A DNA stretch of 61,622 nucleotides, counting the filler. It is 5 parts of 5 records of this genome, joined end to end, with 100 filler letters (N's around TTAATTAATTAA, not from the genome) between each part and the next. Parts side by side here need not be neighbours in the genome. Positions count along the whole stretch, not along the records: positions 22,280 to 36,169 come from SRR31156797_10535; positions 36,270 to 46,970 come from SRR31156797_10543; 3 more parts are not named here. One strand, written 5' to 3'. Each line of letters opens with the position of its first letter. Position 1 is the first letter of the stretch. Under the pieces are notes generated by a model. That model ran no database searches. It had not been told where the DNA came from and was given only the letters and a program-made list of their open reading frames with translations. Shown piece by piece: positions 29,513 to 39,792 of this stretch. Position numbers and translations under genes: made by a program.

Positions 29513-29516
29513 CGGT

Positions 29517-29712
29517 CATAATGGTTCATTAATTGCACCAATGTGTAATTCAGATTAAAAGGGAATGCAGTGAAAATCTGCAACAGTTCCCGCTGCTGTA
29601 AGTCTGGTTCCGAATTCTCGGGATCGCGGTTTTTTAAACTACAGCCACTGTTCTAATAACAAGGAACGGGAAGGCAGAAAAACCAGGATAAGTCAGAAGA
29701 CCTGCCATTATG
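29517..29712 (+). ncRNA. Cobalamin riboswitch
   Basis: P1 CATAATGG/CCATTATG; AAAAGGGAA-TGCAG-TGAAAAT-CTGCA; CCCGCTGCTGTAA; GCCACTG...GGGAAGGC; B12 box AAGTCAGAAGACCTGCC. Confidence 0.96.
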
Positions 29713-29833
29713 GAATTTAAACATTTTGCTTCCGGGAAAGAAGTCGATGCTTAGGACAGTGTTTTCTTGTTCTTACATTATCTTTAAGATTACGGAAATG
29801 CAAAGTGAAGTTATTAATTTTTAATATTTTACG

Positions 29834-32011
29834 ATGCAGAAAATTTCTTTGATAGCTGTAATGCTATTATTCTCAGTGGTATTGGTACATGCTCAAAATG
29901 CGGTACTAAAAGGGGTAGTTACCCAAAAAGATAACCGGCAACCATTACCGGGAGCCAATGTGTATTTCTCTGGTACAACAACTGGTACCGCAACCAACAA
30001 CAAAGGTGAGTTTCAATTGAAACGTTTAAAACCAGGTGATTACGATTTGGTTATTTCTTTCTCTGGATTTAAACGGATAAAACAAACCATTACTCTAAAG
30101 TCCGGAGAAAATAACCTGAACATTGAAATGGCAGAATCAAAACAAAATTTGGGTGAAATAGTGGTTACCGGAACAGGAACACCACATCATCTGAAAACAG
30201 CACCTGTTCCAACCGAGTTAATCAGCAAAAAGGCTGTTATGAGTACCGGTGCTGCCGATTTTACGGAGCTTATGGCCAATATTAGTCCTTCGTTTGATTT
30301 TGCACCCGGAACCATGGGGTCGTTTATCACTTTAAATGGTTTAAGTAACGACTTTATTCTTATTCTGGTTGATGGCAAACGAATGTATGGAGATGTTGGC
30401 GGGATGAATGATTTGAATCGTGTTAATCCTGACGATATCGAACGTATTGAAGTGTTAAAAGGTGCAGCTTCTTTGCTTTACGGATCGGATGCGATTGCCG
30501 GAGTTGTAAATATCATTACAAAAAAGTCGAAACAAAGGATTAACATCTCAAATACCACACGCATTCGTAAATATGCAACTATTCAGCAAAGTAATTCTGT
30601 GGATTTAAACCTGGGCAGATTTTCGTGGAATGCCAATTTTAATCATAAAAGAAGCGATGGATGGCAGTTAAGTCCTTACGAACAGGACGATGAAGAGTTG
30701 ACTGAAACAGATGCAATGGCTCAAAACAAATACAAAGACCATACATTTAGCCATGTACTTACTTTTCGCGCAACCGACAAACTTGAGTTGTACGCCGGAA
30801 ACTCAGTTTATCAAAAAGATGTTTTCAGACCTCAGTCTGTTGGAAAGTATGGATATTACTACGATGATAAAACTTTTGAAGCGGGAGCAAAATACGTACT
30901 GAATAAAAAGGATTTTGTTACTTTGGATTACAATTACGACAAGTTCCGATATTACTATCGCTACAATCAGGACTATAAAGATTATGTTGATGGAGATAAA
31001 TCCATCAATAACGACCAACGCATGAACAATGTGCGTTTGAAATATGTAAATGCGCTTTCAAAAAATAATAAGCTTACCCTTGGTGCCGACTTTCTTCAGG
31101 AAAAAATGGTTTCGGAAAACCGTTTAGAAGGGGGAGAAGCTGAAGCCAATACGCTGGCTTTTTATGCGCAAGATGAAATTTCATTCTTTAAAAACCTCGA
31201 TGTTGTTGCCGGAATTCGTGCTGTTAAACACAACGAGTTTGGTAGCGCATTTACACCAAAGGTTTCATTGTTGTATAAGTTGAAGGATTTTAATTTCAGG
31301 GGAACTTACGGGCATGGTTTTAAAGCGCCAACACTAAAAGAGCTGTATTATGCTTATGAGAAACGAGGAACGATGTACATGGGGAATACAGATCTGGATC
31401 CACAGAAATCACAGTTTTATTCCGCCGGAATTGAATACCACAATAAGTTTATATCGGCTAGTATTACCGGGTATGTAAATAATGTTGACGATTTAATCTC
31501 ATACCAGAGTGTTGACCTGCAACCCGGTGATGAAGAAGATGGTATTAAAAAGCGTCGTCAGCATTACAACGTTGAAGAATCGCAATCGAAAGGTGTTGAC
31601 TTCTTATTAAATGCCAAACTTGGTGCAGGTTTTACACTTGGAGGCGGATACAGTTATGTTGATGCAATGGATGAAACAAATGACGTTCGTCTCGAAGGTG
31701 TGGCTCAAAACTATGGCAACCTTCGTTTTACCTACGAGCATAACTGGAAATCGTATCGTTTAAATGCAAATATCATTGGACGTTTTCAGGATGAGAAATT
31801 TTACGACGATGGAAATGCAAAAGCTTATAACATTTGGAAGCTGACCACAAATCATCGTTTTTACAATTTTGGAGCTTTTATTTTAGAAGCACAGTTGGGG
31901 ATCGATAATATCTTCGATTATGTAGATGATAGCCCTTATGGTTCGCATTACGGAACACTTAATCCGGGGCGTACTTTCTTTGCAGGTCTGATAATCAATT
32001 TTGCAGAATAA
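29834..32011 (+). CDS. TonB-dependent receptor (BtuB-like; corrinoid or cobalt uptake)
   Basis: Signal peptide, carboxypeptidase-regulatory-like domain, EIVVTGT, IERIEVLKGAASLLYGSDAIAGVVNIIT; riboswitch upstream. Confidence 0.9.
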   Translation: MQKISLIAVMLLFSVVLVHAQNAVLKGVVTQKDNRQPLPGANVYFSGTTTGTATNNKGEFQLKRLKPGDYDLVISFSGFKRIKQTITLKSGENNLNIEMAESKQNLGEIVVTGTGTPHHLKTAPVPTELISKKAVMSTGAADFTELMANISPSFDFAPGTMGSFITLNGLSNDFILILVDGKRMYGDVGGMNDLNRVNPDDIERIEVLKGAASLLYGSDAIAGVVNIITKKSKQRINISNTTRIRKYATIQQSNSVDLNLGRFSWNANFNHKRSDGWQLSPYEQDDEELTETDAMAQNKYKDHTFSHVLTFRATDKLELYAGNSVYQKDVFRPQSVGKYGYYYDDKTFEAGAKYVLNKKDFVTLDYNYDKFRYYYRYNQDYKDYVDGDKSINNDQRMNNVRLKYVNALSKNNKLTLGADFLQEKMVSENRLEGGEAEANTLAFYAQDEISFFKNLDVVAGIRAVKHNEFGSAFTPKVSLLYKLKDFNFRGTYGHGFKAPTLKELYYAYEKRGTMYMGNTDLDPQKSQFYSAGIEYHNKFISASITGYVNNVDDLISYQSVDLQPGDEEDGIKKRRQHYNVEESQSKGVDFLLNAKLGAGFTLGGGYSYVDAMDETNDVRLEGVAQNYGNLRFTYEHNWKSYRLNANIIGRFQDEKFYDDGNAKAYNIWKLTTNHRFYNFGAFILEAQLGIDNIFDYVDDSPYGSHYGTLNPGRTFFAGLIINFAE

Positions 32012-32018
32012 ATACAGA

Positions 32019-33491
32019 ATGAGGCGGTTAAAACATATCGCAATTCAATTGCATAAAATTACAGGTTCAGTATTGAGCCTGTTATTTTTGCTTTGGTTCA
32101 TTTCCGGAATTGTAATGATTTTCGAAGGATTTCCACATGCCAGTCGCAAAAAACGTTTCGATCATCTGGCAACTTTTTCCGAAAATCAGTTTAAGCAGCT
32201 GGCACCGCCTGCAACCGATTGGAAAGGAAAGGTAAACCTTGAGCTCTGCGATGGCAAACCAGTTTACCGTGTTATTTCCGGACGAAAAGCACAAAATATC
32301 TACGATGCCCGAACTCTTAAACAAATTAACGATTTTTCGGAAGAATATGCTCGAAAACTAGCTGTTTCGTTTTTTAATCAACCGGTTAAAAAAGTAAAGT
32401 TACTAACCGATTTCGACCAATGGGTTCCCTGGTCGTATTACAAAACATTGTTGCCCTTTTACAAGTGTTACATGAATGACCCGAAATACACCGTTTTGTA
32501 TATTTCGCAAAAAACCGGAGAAATTGTTCAGCAAACTAACCGAAAAGAACGATGGGCAGCTCGTTGTGGTGCAATTCCTCACTGGATATATTTTAAACAA
32601 ATACGCTTGCAAAGAAATTTGTGGATAAACCTTGTACTTTGGTTGTCGGGGATTGGTATTGCTGCTGCTTTTTCCGGAATAATTGTTGGTTTTATTCGCA
32701 AGAAAAAAGGAAAACACTTAACTCCGTATAAAAAGCCTGAGTACAAATGGCATCACATTACGGGCTTTGTGTTTGGACTATTTGTTTTTACATATGTTTT
32801 GAGCGGTTTCTTTTCGCTGACACATGTGCCCGACTGGATGGTTTTTATTTCGACTAAAAACGAAAAGAAAATTAGTTGGAGACAAAATCTCGATTTGGCT
32901 AAACAACCGGCAATTACTCCTGAAATAGTTTACGAAGCGCTGGAAAAAAAAGATGGAATCCGTAAAATTAGTTGGGAAAATATGCACGGTACACCCGCGT
33001 ATTTTGTGTATTACGATAACTATCAAATTCCGACAACCTACCAACTAATTGGCGACACCATTCAGAAACACACTAATTATTCAATTTCAGAAATAGAGAG
33101 AATTGCCAAAAATTACCTGGGAGAAACTGTTTATACTATTACTCAGCAGGAAAAATACGACAACTATTACAACGGCTCTGCAATGTATTATTTACCCCAG
33201 CCAGTGTATAAATTAGTAGCCAATAATGCTTCAAAAACCTGGATTTATATAAATCCCGCTACTGCGGAAAACGTTAAAACGTACACAAAAAATACCCGTT
33301 TACGTCGTTGGTTGTATCAGGGCTTGCATAAATTCAATTTTAGATTTTTGAAAGAAGAAGCTGAATGGTTTCGAAAACTATTGCTATTGATTACCTCGGT
33401 TGGGGGGATTGCGGTAAGTGTTACCGGTGTTTGGCTTAGTAAAAAATGGCTCCATAAAACGGTCCGAAAAACAAAAAAACAACTAAAATAA
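32019..33491 (+). CDS. PepSY-associated TM helix protein (ORF open from 32001)
   Basis: LHKITGSVLSLLFLLWFISG, IPHWIYF, KWHHITG, RRWLYQGLH. Confidence 0.85.
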   Translation: MRRLKHIAIQLHKITGSVLSLLFLLWFISGIVMIFEGFPHASRKKRFDHLATFSENQFKQLAPPATDWKGKVNLELCDGKPVYRVISGRKAQNIYDARTLKQINDFSEEYARKLAVSFFNQPVKKVKLLTDFDQWVPWSYYKTLLPFYKCYMNDPKYTVLYISQKTGEIVQQTNRKERWAARCGAIPHWIYFKQIRLQRNLWINLVLWLSGIGIAAAFSGIIVGFIRKKKGKHLTPYKKPEYKWHHITGFVFGLFVFTYVLSGFFSLTHVPDWMVFISTKNEKKISWRQNLDLAKQPAITPEIVYEALEKKDGIRKISWENMHGTPAYFVYYDNYQIPTTYQLIGDTIQKHTNYSISEIERIAKNYLGETVYTITQQEKYDNYYNGSAMYYLPQPVYKLVANNASKTWIYINPATAENVKTYTKNTRLRRWLYQGLHKFNFRFLKEEAEWFRKLLLLITSVGGIAVSVTGVWLSKKWLHKTVRKTKKQLK

Positions 33492-34376
33492 ATGAAACGA
33501 TTAATTCCTGTTCTGATTTTATTGATTTCGTTGATAACAATGAATTTGCAAAGTGCTTTTGCCCACCCAAAAGCCGACGTAAAAAAAGGTATCTTACTGG
33601 TTACTTTTGGCACCAGTTACCCTAATTCCAGGCATGCTTTTGCAAACATTGAAGAAAAGGTTAAGACCGAGTTGCCCGGAGTTGAAGTACGTTGGGCTTA
33701 TACCTCAAAAATAATCCGTAAAATTTTGAAAAAACGAGGTGAACAAATTGATTCGCCAGCCGAGGCACTAGTCAAAATGGGAGAAGATGGATTTACAAAT
33801 GTGGCATTACAGTCCTTACACATTATTCCAGGCGAGGAATACGAAAACCTGAAACTAACGGTTGATGCTTTTACTAAAATGCCCAAAGGAATTCTAGTGG
33901 CTAAATTGGGTAAACCACTTTTGTATTCCGATACAGATAATAAAAAACTGGCGGCTTTTATCGATGCCGGATTCCGTAGCAAAATAAGTAAAACCAGCGC
34001 TTTACTTTTAATGGGGCATGGTACCCACCATCCTTCTAATATTTATTACCCTGGTTTTCAGTATTACCTTTGCCAGAAATCAGATAAATTTTTCCTCGGA
34101 ACAGTTGAGGGGTACCCAATGCTGGCACAAATAATCCCACAACTAATTGAAAAAGGGATTAAAAAAATAATACTAACACCGTTTATGTCGGTTGCCGGCT
34201 ACCATGCCCAAAATGATATGGCTGGCGCAGAAGATGACAGTTGGAAAAGCATTCTTGAGAAGGAGGGCTTTGAAGTTGAAATCGTGCTAAAAGGATTGGC
34301 GGAATATGATGAGGTGGTTGATATTTGGGTGGACCATTTAAAAGAAGTGTATAAAGAAATTGAAGTAGAAAAATAG
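33492..34376 (+). CDS. cbiK: CbiK-family cobaltochelatase with signal peptide
   Basis: GILLVTFGTS, WAYTS, QSLHIIPGEEY, MGHG, GTVEGYP, AGYHAQNDMAG. Confidence 0.9.
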   Translation: MKRLIPVLILLISLITMNLQSAFAHPKADVKKGILLVTFGTSYPNSRHAFANIEEKVKTELPGVEVRWAYTSKIIRKILKKRGEQIDSPAEALVKMGEDGFTNVALQSLHIIPGEEYENLKLTVDAFTKMPKGILVAKLGKPLLYSDTDNKKLAAFIDAGFRSKISKTSALLLMGHGTHHPSNIYYPGFQYYLCQKSDKFFLGTVEGYPMLAQIIPQLIEKGIKKIILTPFMSVAGYHAQNDMAGAEDDSWKSILEKEGFEVEIVLKGLAEYDEVVDIWVDHLKEVYKEIEVEK

Positions 34377-34475
34377 CAATCTTTTGATACCGAAGCAAAG
34401 AACGAATGTTAAATTACAACGAGAAAGGACAGTGTATATGCTTGTTGGTTTATGAAAAAATAAAAACAAAATAAT

Positions 34476-35591
34476 ATGCAACGTTATTCAATTCTGTTTA
34501 TAATTATCTTAAGTGTTTTCCTTTTTTCCTGTGGAAATAAACCTCATAAAGAAAAAACGCAAAAAGCAATAGCAAGCGAACAAGTAGCTCTGTCACATGC
34601 AAAACTATTCAAAATCGAAAAGACGAAGGGTGTTACAAAACTCTGCATCCATAAAAACGGCGAAGAGGACGTTTTTGATACTTTCAACCTGGTAACTGAG
34701 AAAACAGACCAAAAAGATGCGCAAACCATTCAGGTGCCTTGCAAACGTATAATTTGTTTATCGAGTACACAGTTAAGCTACTTTTTTGCGTTAGACGACA
34801 TTGACGATATTGTTGCCATAAACAGTAGTCGCTACCTGCGTCACAAAGGAATGAAAGCCCGTGTGAAGGCTGGTGAAGTAAAAAGAATTGGAAAAGAAGG
34901 GAATTTTAATCTCGAAATGGTTGCTGCCCTCGATCCCGATGTAATTTTTGTTTCGCCATTTAAAGTAGGTGGTTTCGATGTATTGCGTAACCTTGGAATT
35001 CCACTGGTGCCCATGGCCGCATACAACGAAGAAACACCTTTGGGGCGTGCCGAGTGGGTAAAAATGTTTTCGTTGTTTGTGGGGCAGGAAGAAAAAGCCG
35101 ATTCTATATTCATGGGTATTAAAAACCGGTACACAGCTTTAACCGACCTTACCAAAAATGTAACGAACAAACCAACTGTTTTTTCCGGGAAAATGCGTTC
35201 GGGCAGCTGGTATGTTCCCGGTGGCAATAGTTTCTATGCTCACTACTTCCGCGATGCGGGTGCCGACTATATTATAAAAGACGATAAGCAGGGGGCTTAT
35301 CCTGTCGATTTTGAAACCATTTATAGCAAGGCTTTCGAATGTGATTTCTGGCGCATAATTCATCCCGAAAAGGCAGGGCTTACACTAAATGGTTTAGCAG
35401 AACAAGACCCGCGTTATACTGATTTTAAGGCGTTTCAGGAAAAAAATGTTTTGCTTTGTAACATACGTGAAAAGCCTTACTACGAGGAGGCAGGAATGAA
35501 ACCCGATGTTTTACTTGCTGATTATATTCACTACTTTCATCCTGAATTATTACCGGACCATATACCAAATTTCTACGAGCGTTTAAAATGA
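34476..35591 (+). CDS. ABC substrate-binding lipoprotein (BtuF/FecB type)
   Basis: Lipobox FLFSC; EETPLGRAEWVK; WYVPGGNS. Confidence 0.85.
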   Translation: MQRYSILFIIILSVFLFSCGNKPHKEKTQKAIASEQVALSHAKLFKIEKTKGVTKLCIHKNGEEDVFDTFNLVTEKTDQKDAQTIQVPCKRIICLSSTQLSYFFALDDIDDIVAINSSRYLRHKGMKARVKAGEVKRIGKEGNFNLEMVAALDPDVIFVSPFKVGGFDVLRNLGIPLVPMAAYNEETPLGRAEWVKMFSLFVGQEEKADSIFMGIKNRYTALTDLTKNVTNKPTVFSGKMRSGSWYVPGGNSFYAHYFRDAGADYIIKDDKQGAYPVDFETIYSKAFECDFWRIIHPEKAGLTLNGLAEQDPRYTDFKAFQEKNVLLCNIREKPYYEEAGMKPDVLLADYIHYFHPELLPDHIPNFYERLK

Positions 35592-36169
35592 TTAACCGAA
35601 TAGGCCGAATATCTGTAGTAATTGCACTGGCAACCATGTTGTTGGTGCTTCTTGCATTATTAAATTTGGTGCTGGGCTCAATAAACATCCCCGTTAGCGA
35701 AGTAAAAGATATATTGATTTACAGTGAGGGCACCAACCGCGTTTTCGAAAATATCATTTTAAAAACCCGTTTACCACAAACCATTGTGTCATTGGGAGCA
35801 GGAATGGCATTGGGAGTTGCCGGGTTGTTAATGCAAACCTTATTTCGTAATCCGCTGGCTGGGCCGTCTGTTTTAGGTATCTCATCGGGTTCGAGCCTGG
35901 GAGTTGCCTTTGTAATGCTGTTTACCGGAAACATTTTGGGTTTTACATTTACCAGTCTTGGGGGCTGGGGCGATTTTGCAGTAATTCTCTCGTCCCTAAT
36001 CGGAGCAGGTGGAGTTTTGGCGCTTATCCTGTTTATTTCGCACCGCATAGGGGGAACTTTAAGTGTGCTGATTATCGGTGTTATGATTGGTTATTTAAGC
36101 TCATCGTTGGTAAGTTTGCTAAAGTTTTACAGTCCCGAAGAAGATGTACACAACTATGTAATTTGGGGA
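35588..36169 (+). CDS. FecCD/BtuC-family permease, truncated by the contig end
   Basis: RLPQT, GLLMQTLFRNPLAGPSVLGISSG. Confidence 0.9.
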
Positions 36170-36269
36170 NNNNNNNNNNNNNNNNNNNNNNNNNNNNNNN
36201 NNNNNNNNNNNNNTTAATTAATTAANNNNNNNNNNNNNNNNNNNNNNNNNNNNNNNNNNNNNNNNNNNN
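36170..36269. other. Artificial contig linker
   Basis: Same N44-TTAATTAATTAA-N44 spacer. Confidence 0.98.
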
Positions 36270-36641
36270 ATGTTTATGATTATGATGCCTATCATGTATA
36301 TCACTACTTATATCATAATGGATGGAAAAGATGATTTCCAAGCAAGTGATATGGCACACTGGGTCACTATGGCTATTTATGGAGCTATTATTGTCTCTTT
36401 TTGGGTATTCAAAGGTCAAACCCCAGGGTTTAAAGCCTATAGTATTATTTTATTAGATGACAAAACTGGTGAAAAATTAGGATGGCTAAAAGCGACGCTT
36501 CGCTATGGTGCATTTATTATTAGTGCAGTGAGTATTATAGGGTTTTTACTCCCATTTTTTAGAGACGATAAAAAAACTTTTCAAGATCTTCTTATGCAAA
36601 CTTCAGTGGTTCCTTCTGAAGTGGCATCTATGAAAAAATAG
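36270..36641 (+). CDS. RDD-family membrane protein, 5'-truncated
   Basis: GQTPGFKAY, ATLRY, DKKTFQDLLMQTSVV. Confidence 0.85.
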   Translation: MFMIMMPIMYITTYIIMDGKDDFQASDMAHWVTMAIYGAIIVSFWVFKGQTPGFKAYSIILLDDKTGEKLGWLKATLRYGAFIISAVSIIGFLLPFFRDDKKTFQDLLMQTSVVPSEVASMKK

Positions 36642-37730
36642 ATGCTTTTTTTTAAGCTTTCAGCTTTTTATTTTTTCTATTTCGCAGCAGTTGGTGTTTA
36701 TGTTATTTTTTTACCAAAAGCACTTTTAGATATAGGGTATACTCCAAAAGAGATAGGGATCGTTTTAGCTTTAGCTCCATTGATGCGTTTTGCAACGCCA
36801 TTTTTATTTTTAAAACATATTGAACTTACACAGAGTGTTTTTAAAGCTACCTTGATCTTATCTACACTCACCTCTTTTTTATTTTATTTTACTATTGAAA
36901 ATTTTTATCTTTTTATGATCAATAATGCAATTCTTGGAGTGTGTATCAGTATTTTACTCCCTTATATGGAAGTGATCTCTATAAAAGAGCTTGGAAATAG
37001 ATATGGTAAATCACGTCTTTATGGCTCTGTGGGGTTTATGCTTATCTCTTTAGTTGTAGCAAAAGTATTAACAGGCTCTGATGTTGTAGTACATTTTTAT
37101 TTTGGAACCATTTTTTTAACTTCAATTTTTGCCTACTCACTTTTACAATATGATACAGATAAACATCAAGCCACTCCAGAGGATGAGAAGTTCTCATTAC
37201 TTAAATATTGGCCATTTTGGGTAAGCCTTTTTTTAATGCAGGTGAGTTTTGGAGGGTTTTATAACTTTTTTACTATCTATGAGAGTGAACATGGAATATC
37301 TTTAGAGACGATAAGTTATCTTTGGGCATTTGGAGTTATTTGTGAGATTGTAATGCTTTATTATCAAGCACCTGTATTAAAAAACAATCTTTTAATCATC
37401 ATTAAGTTTACTATATTACTAACAGCGATTCGTTGGCTTCTGGTATTTCTTTTTCCTGATAATCTCACTATTATCTATATTACGCAAAGTATCCATGCTT
37501 TTAGTTTCGGACTCTATCATAGTGCTGTAATTCTTTATCTTTATAATCTTTATGAAAATAAAAAACTTGCCCAGCAGTTTATGTTAGGAGTTGCTTATGG
37601 ACTTGGTGGCTTTATGGGTGGGATAATCTCAGGATGGACTTATGGAGAGTATCTTTTCTTATATTGTGCTTTGATCGCATTTACCTCGTATCTTTTCTTA
37701 TTTCAAATGAAAACAAAAACTATTCATTAA
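36642..37730 (+). CDS. MFS transporter (HcaT / MFS_1_like)
   Basis: 12-TM hydrophobic pattern; YGKSRLYGSVGF; LWAFGVICEI. Confidence 0.85.
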   Translation: MLFFKLSAFYFFYFAAVGVYVIFLPKALLDIGYTPKEIGIVLALAPLMRFATPFLFLKHIELTQSVFKATLILSTLTSFLFYFTIENFYLFMINNAILGVCISILLPYMEVISIKELGNRYGKSRLYGSVGFMLISLVVAKVLTGSDVVVHFYFGTIFLTSIFAYSLLQYDTDKHQATPEDEKFSLLKYWPFWVSLFLMQVSFGGFYNFFTIYESEHGISLETISYLWAFGVICEIVMLYYQAPVLKNNLLIIIKFTILLTAIRWLLVFLFPDNLTIIYITQSIHAFSFGLYHSAVILYLYNLYENKKLAQQFMLGVAYGLGGFMGGIISGWTYGEYLFLYCALIAFTSYLFLFQMKTKTIH

Positions 37731-37761
37731 GTTTATCTGTTTAGTAACTATTAAGAAAAAT

Positions 37762-37788
37762 TATAATACTATTTTCCGACCAGTGGTC
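37762..37788 (+). promoter_or_regulatory. -10 box and candidate TetR operator
   Basis: TATAAT at 37762 and palindrome GACCA-G-TGGTC at 37778-37788, before the TetR gene. Confidence 0.55.
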
Positions 37789-37805
37789 AAAAAGAAGGTA
37801 ATATA

Positions 37806-38399
37806 ATGACAAAAGTTTTAAAAAAACAGGAAAAAAGAAAGCAGATAGCAAAATCAACCTGTGATCTTTTTATCAAAAAAGGATTTGTAAATATCTCTAT
37901 TAGTGAGATTGCACAAGTTGCTGGAATTGGTAAGGGGACAGTGTATGAATATTTTACAAATAAAGAAGATATTGTATTTGAATTGATGAGTTGTTTACAA
38001 GAGGATTATGATCCAAAGTTAAATGAAAATTTGCAAATAAATAAAAGTACAAAAGAGAAAGTGATAGATCTCTTTTCTTTATATTTAAGTGATGATTCAA
38101 AAGTGGAAACACAAAGAAATATATATAAAGAGTTTTTAGCGATCACTTTAAATAATCCAAGTAATGAAATTATAAAGTATCAAGAAAGGATGATGAAAAA
38201 ATATACTGAAATCTTAACCAATATATTTCTTGAAGGTATTGCAAATAAAGAGATAGATGAAAAGATTTTAGAGTTCATCCCAGCTATATTTGCAACAATG
38301 GATGGTTTTTTCATAGCAAGAAAAAATAAAGAACAAATTTTACAATATATAGATGATCTATTTAGTTTATTAGAATCTAAAGGAGATACAAATGATTAA
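37806..38399 (+). CDS. TetR/AcrR family regulator
   Basis: ISEIAQVAGIGKGTVYEYFTNKEDI. Confidence 0.92.
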   Translation: MTKVLKKQEKRKQIAKSTCDLFIKKGFVNISISEIAQVAGIGKGTVYEYFTNKEDIVFELMSCLQEDYDPKLNENLQINKSTKEKVIDLFSLYLSDDSKVETQRNIYKEFLAITLNNPSNEIIKYQERMMKKYTEILTNIFLEGIANKEIDEKILEFIPAIFATMDGFFIARKNKEQILQYIDDLFSLLESKGDTND

Positions 38400-39792
38400 A
38401 TTTTTTCTTATACTTTTGAGTGGCATATCTCTATATGGGTATACCATTAGTTTTGATACAGCTTTACAAAAAACTATTGAAAACAATAAAAGCCTAAAAG
38501 CTAAAAAACAAGATATTGAAAAAGCAAAAATGGATCTTGAAGAGGCAAGAGGGTATAGCTATGGTGAACTTGTATTTAATGAAAATATTAGTAGAACCAA
38601 TCATCCAGGATATGTTTTTGGGATGAAACTAGCTTCAGGAGAAGCAAATTTTGGTGATTTTGGATTTAGTGAGTTTTTAGCTCCTCTTGGAATGGCAATT
38701 AGTGGAGCAGCAAATGGAAATCAGCCCAGTGATATGAGTGGACTATTACAAACCCAGCCAGATGATCTTAATAATCCAAGTGCAAGAACAAATTTTGAGA
38801 CAAAAATCAGTTATCAAGTTCCTATTTTTACTGGATATAAACTTGATAATGGGAAAAAAATGGCAAAACTCCAAGTATTAGCAAAGTCTGCTTTATATAA
38901 TTATGATGAAAAAAAACTTACCTTAGAGGTATTAAATGCTTATAATGGAGCAGTTGCAGCACGTGAATTTATTAAAGCAACTAAAAAAGCAAAAACAGCG
39001 ACCAGCTCTTTTGTAGAGTTTGCAAATGAGCTTTTTAAAGAGGGTTTAGTGACTAACATTGATGTAAAACAAGCAAGAGTCTATGATATGGGTGTGGAAT
39101 CAAATATGGTAGAAGCGTATAATCAATATGAGCTTGCTATCTCTTATCTTAAGTTTTTGACAAGTGATGGTGAGATCACAGATATTGGAGATTTTCATAT
39201 TATTGACTCTTCAAAAGATCATCTTCCTTTATTGCAATCAAAGGGCTTGGAAACAAGAGAAGATATTAAATGGATGGAGTTGAATACACAAACTTTAAAA
39301 TCAAAAATAGAGTTTGAAGATTCAAAAAAATATCCAACCATTGGAGCACATGTGGAGTATGGGTATAATAATGATACTTTTAGTGATTTTAATGATGAAC
39401 ACGATTACTATCTAGGAGCTTTAGGACTCTCTTATACTCTGTATGATGGAGCAGTAAGTAGCTCAAAATCTCAAAAAGCAAAGATTGAATATAATCAAGC
39501 TCTTAACTACTTTGAATATATGAAAGATGGCATTAAGCTAGAGATTGAGAAAAACTATTTAACATTAAAAGCAAAACAAAAAGTGTTTAGACAAAAACAA
39601 AAGGCACAAAAATTAGCAGCTGAAGTGTTAGAACAATCTACACAGATGTATAAAAATCATCTTATCAATATGAATGATCTTTTAATGCAACAGGCAAATG
39701 AACAAAAAGCAAATGCAGAAGCTATTTTAGCAAAATATGAAGCGACAATGGCAGCCGCAATACTAAAAATCTCTTTGGGAGAGGAATTATAA
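38392..39792 (+). CDS. TolC-family outer membrane efflux protein
   Basis: Signal peptide, OEP repeat pattern, operon with MFP and RND genes. Confidence 0.85.
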   Translation: MIKFFLILLSGISLYGYTISFDTALQKTIENNKSLKAKKQDIEKAKMDLEEARGYSYGELVFNENISRTNHPGYVFGMKLASGEANFGDFGFSEFLAPLGMAISGAANGNQPSDMSGLLQTQPDDLNNPSARTNFETKISYQVPIFTGYKLDNGKKMAKLQVLAKSALYNYDEKKLTLEVLNAYNGAVAAREFIKATKKAKTATSSFVEFANELFKEGLVTNIDVKQARVYDMGVESNMVEAYNQYELAISYLKFLTSDGEITDIGDFHIIDSSKDHLPLLQSKGLETREDIKWMELNTQTLKSKIEFEDSKKYPTIGAHVEYGYNNDTFSDFNDEHDYYLGALGLSYTLYDGAVSSSKSQKAKIEYNQALNYFEYMKDGIKLEIEKNYLTLKAKQKVFRQKQKAQKLAAEVLEQSTQMYKNHLINMNDLLMQQANEQKANAEAILAKYEATMAAAILKISLGEEL

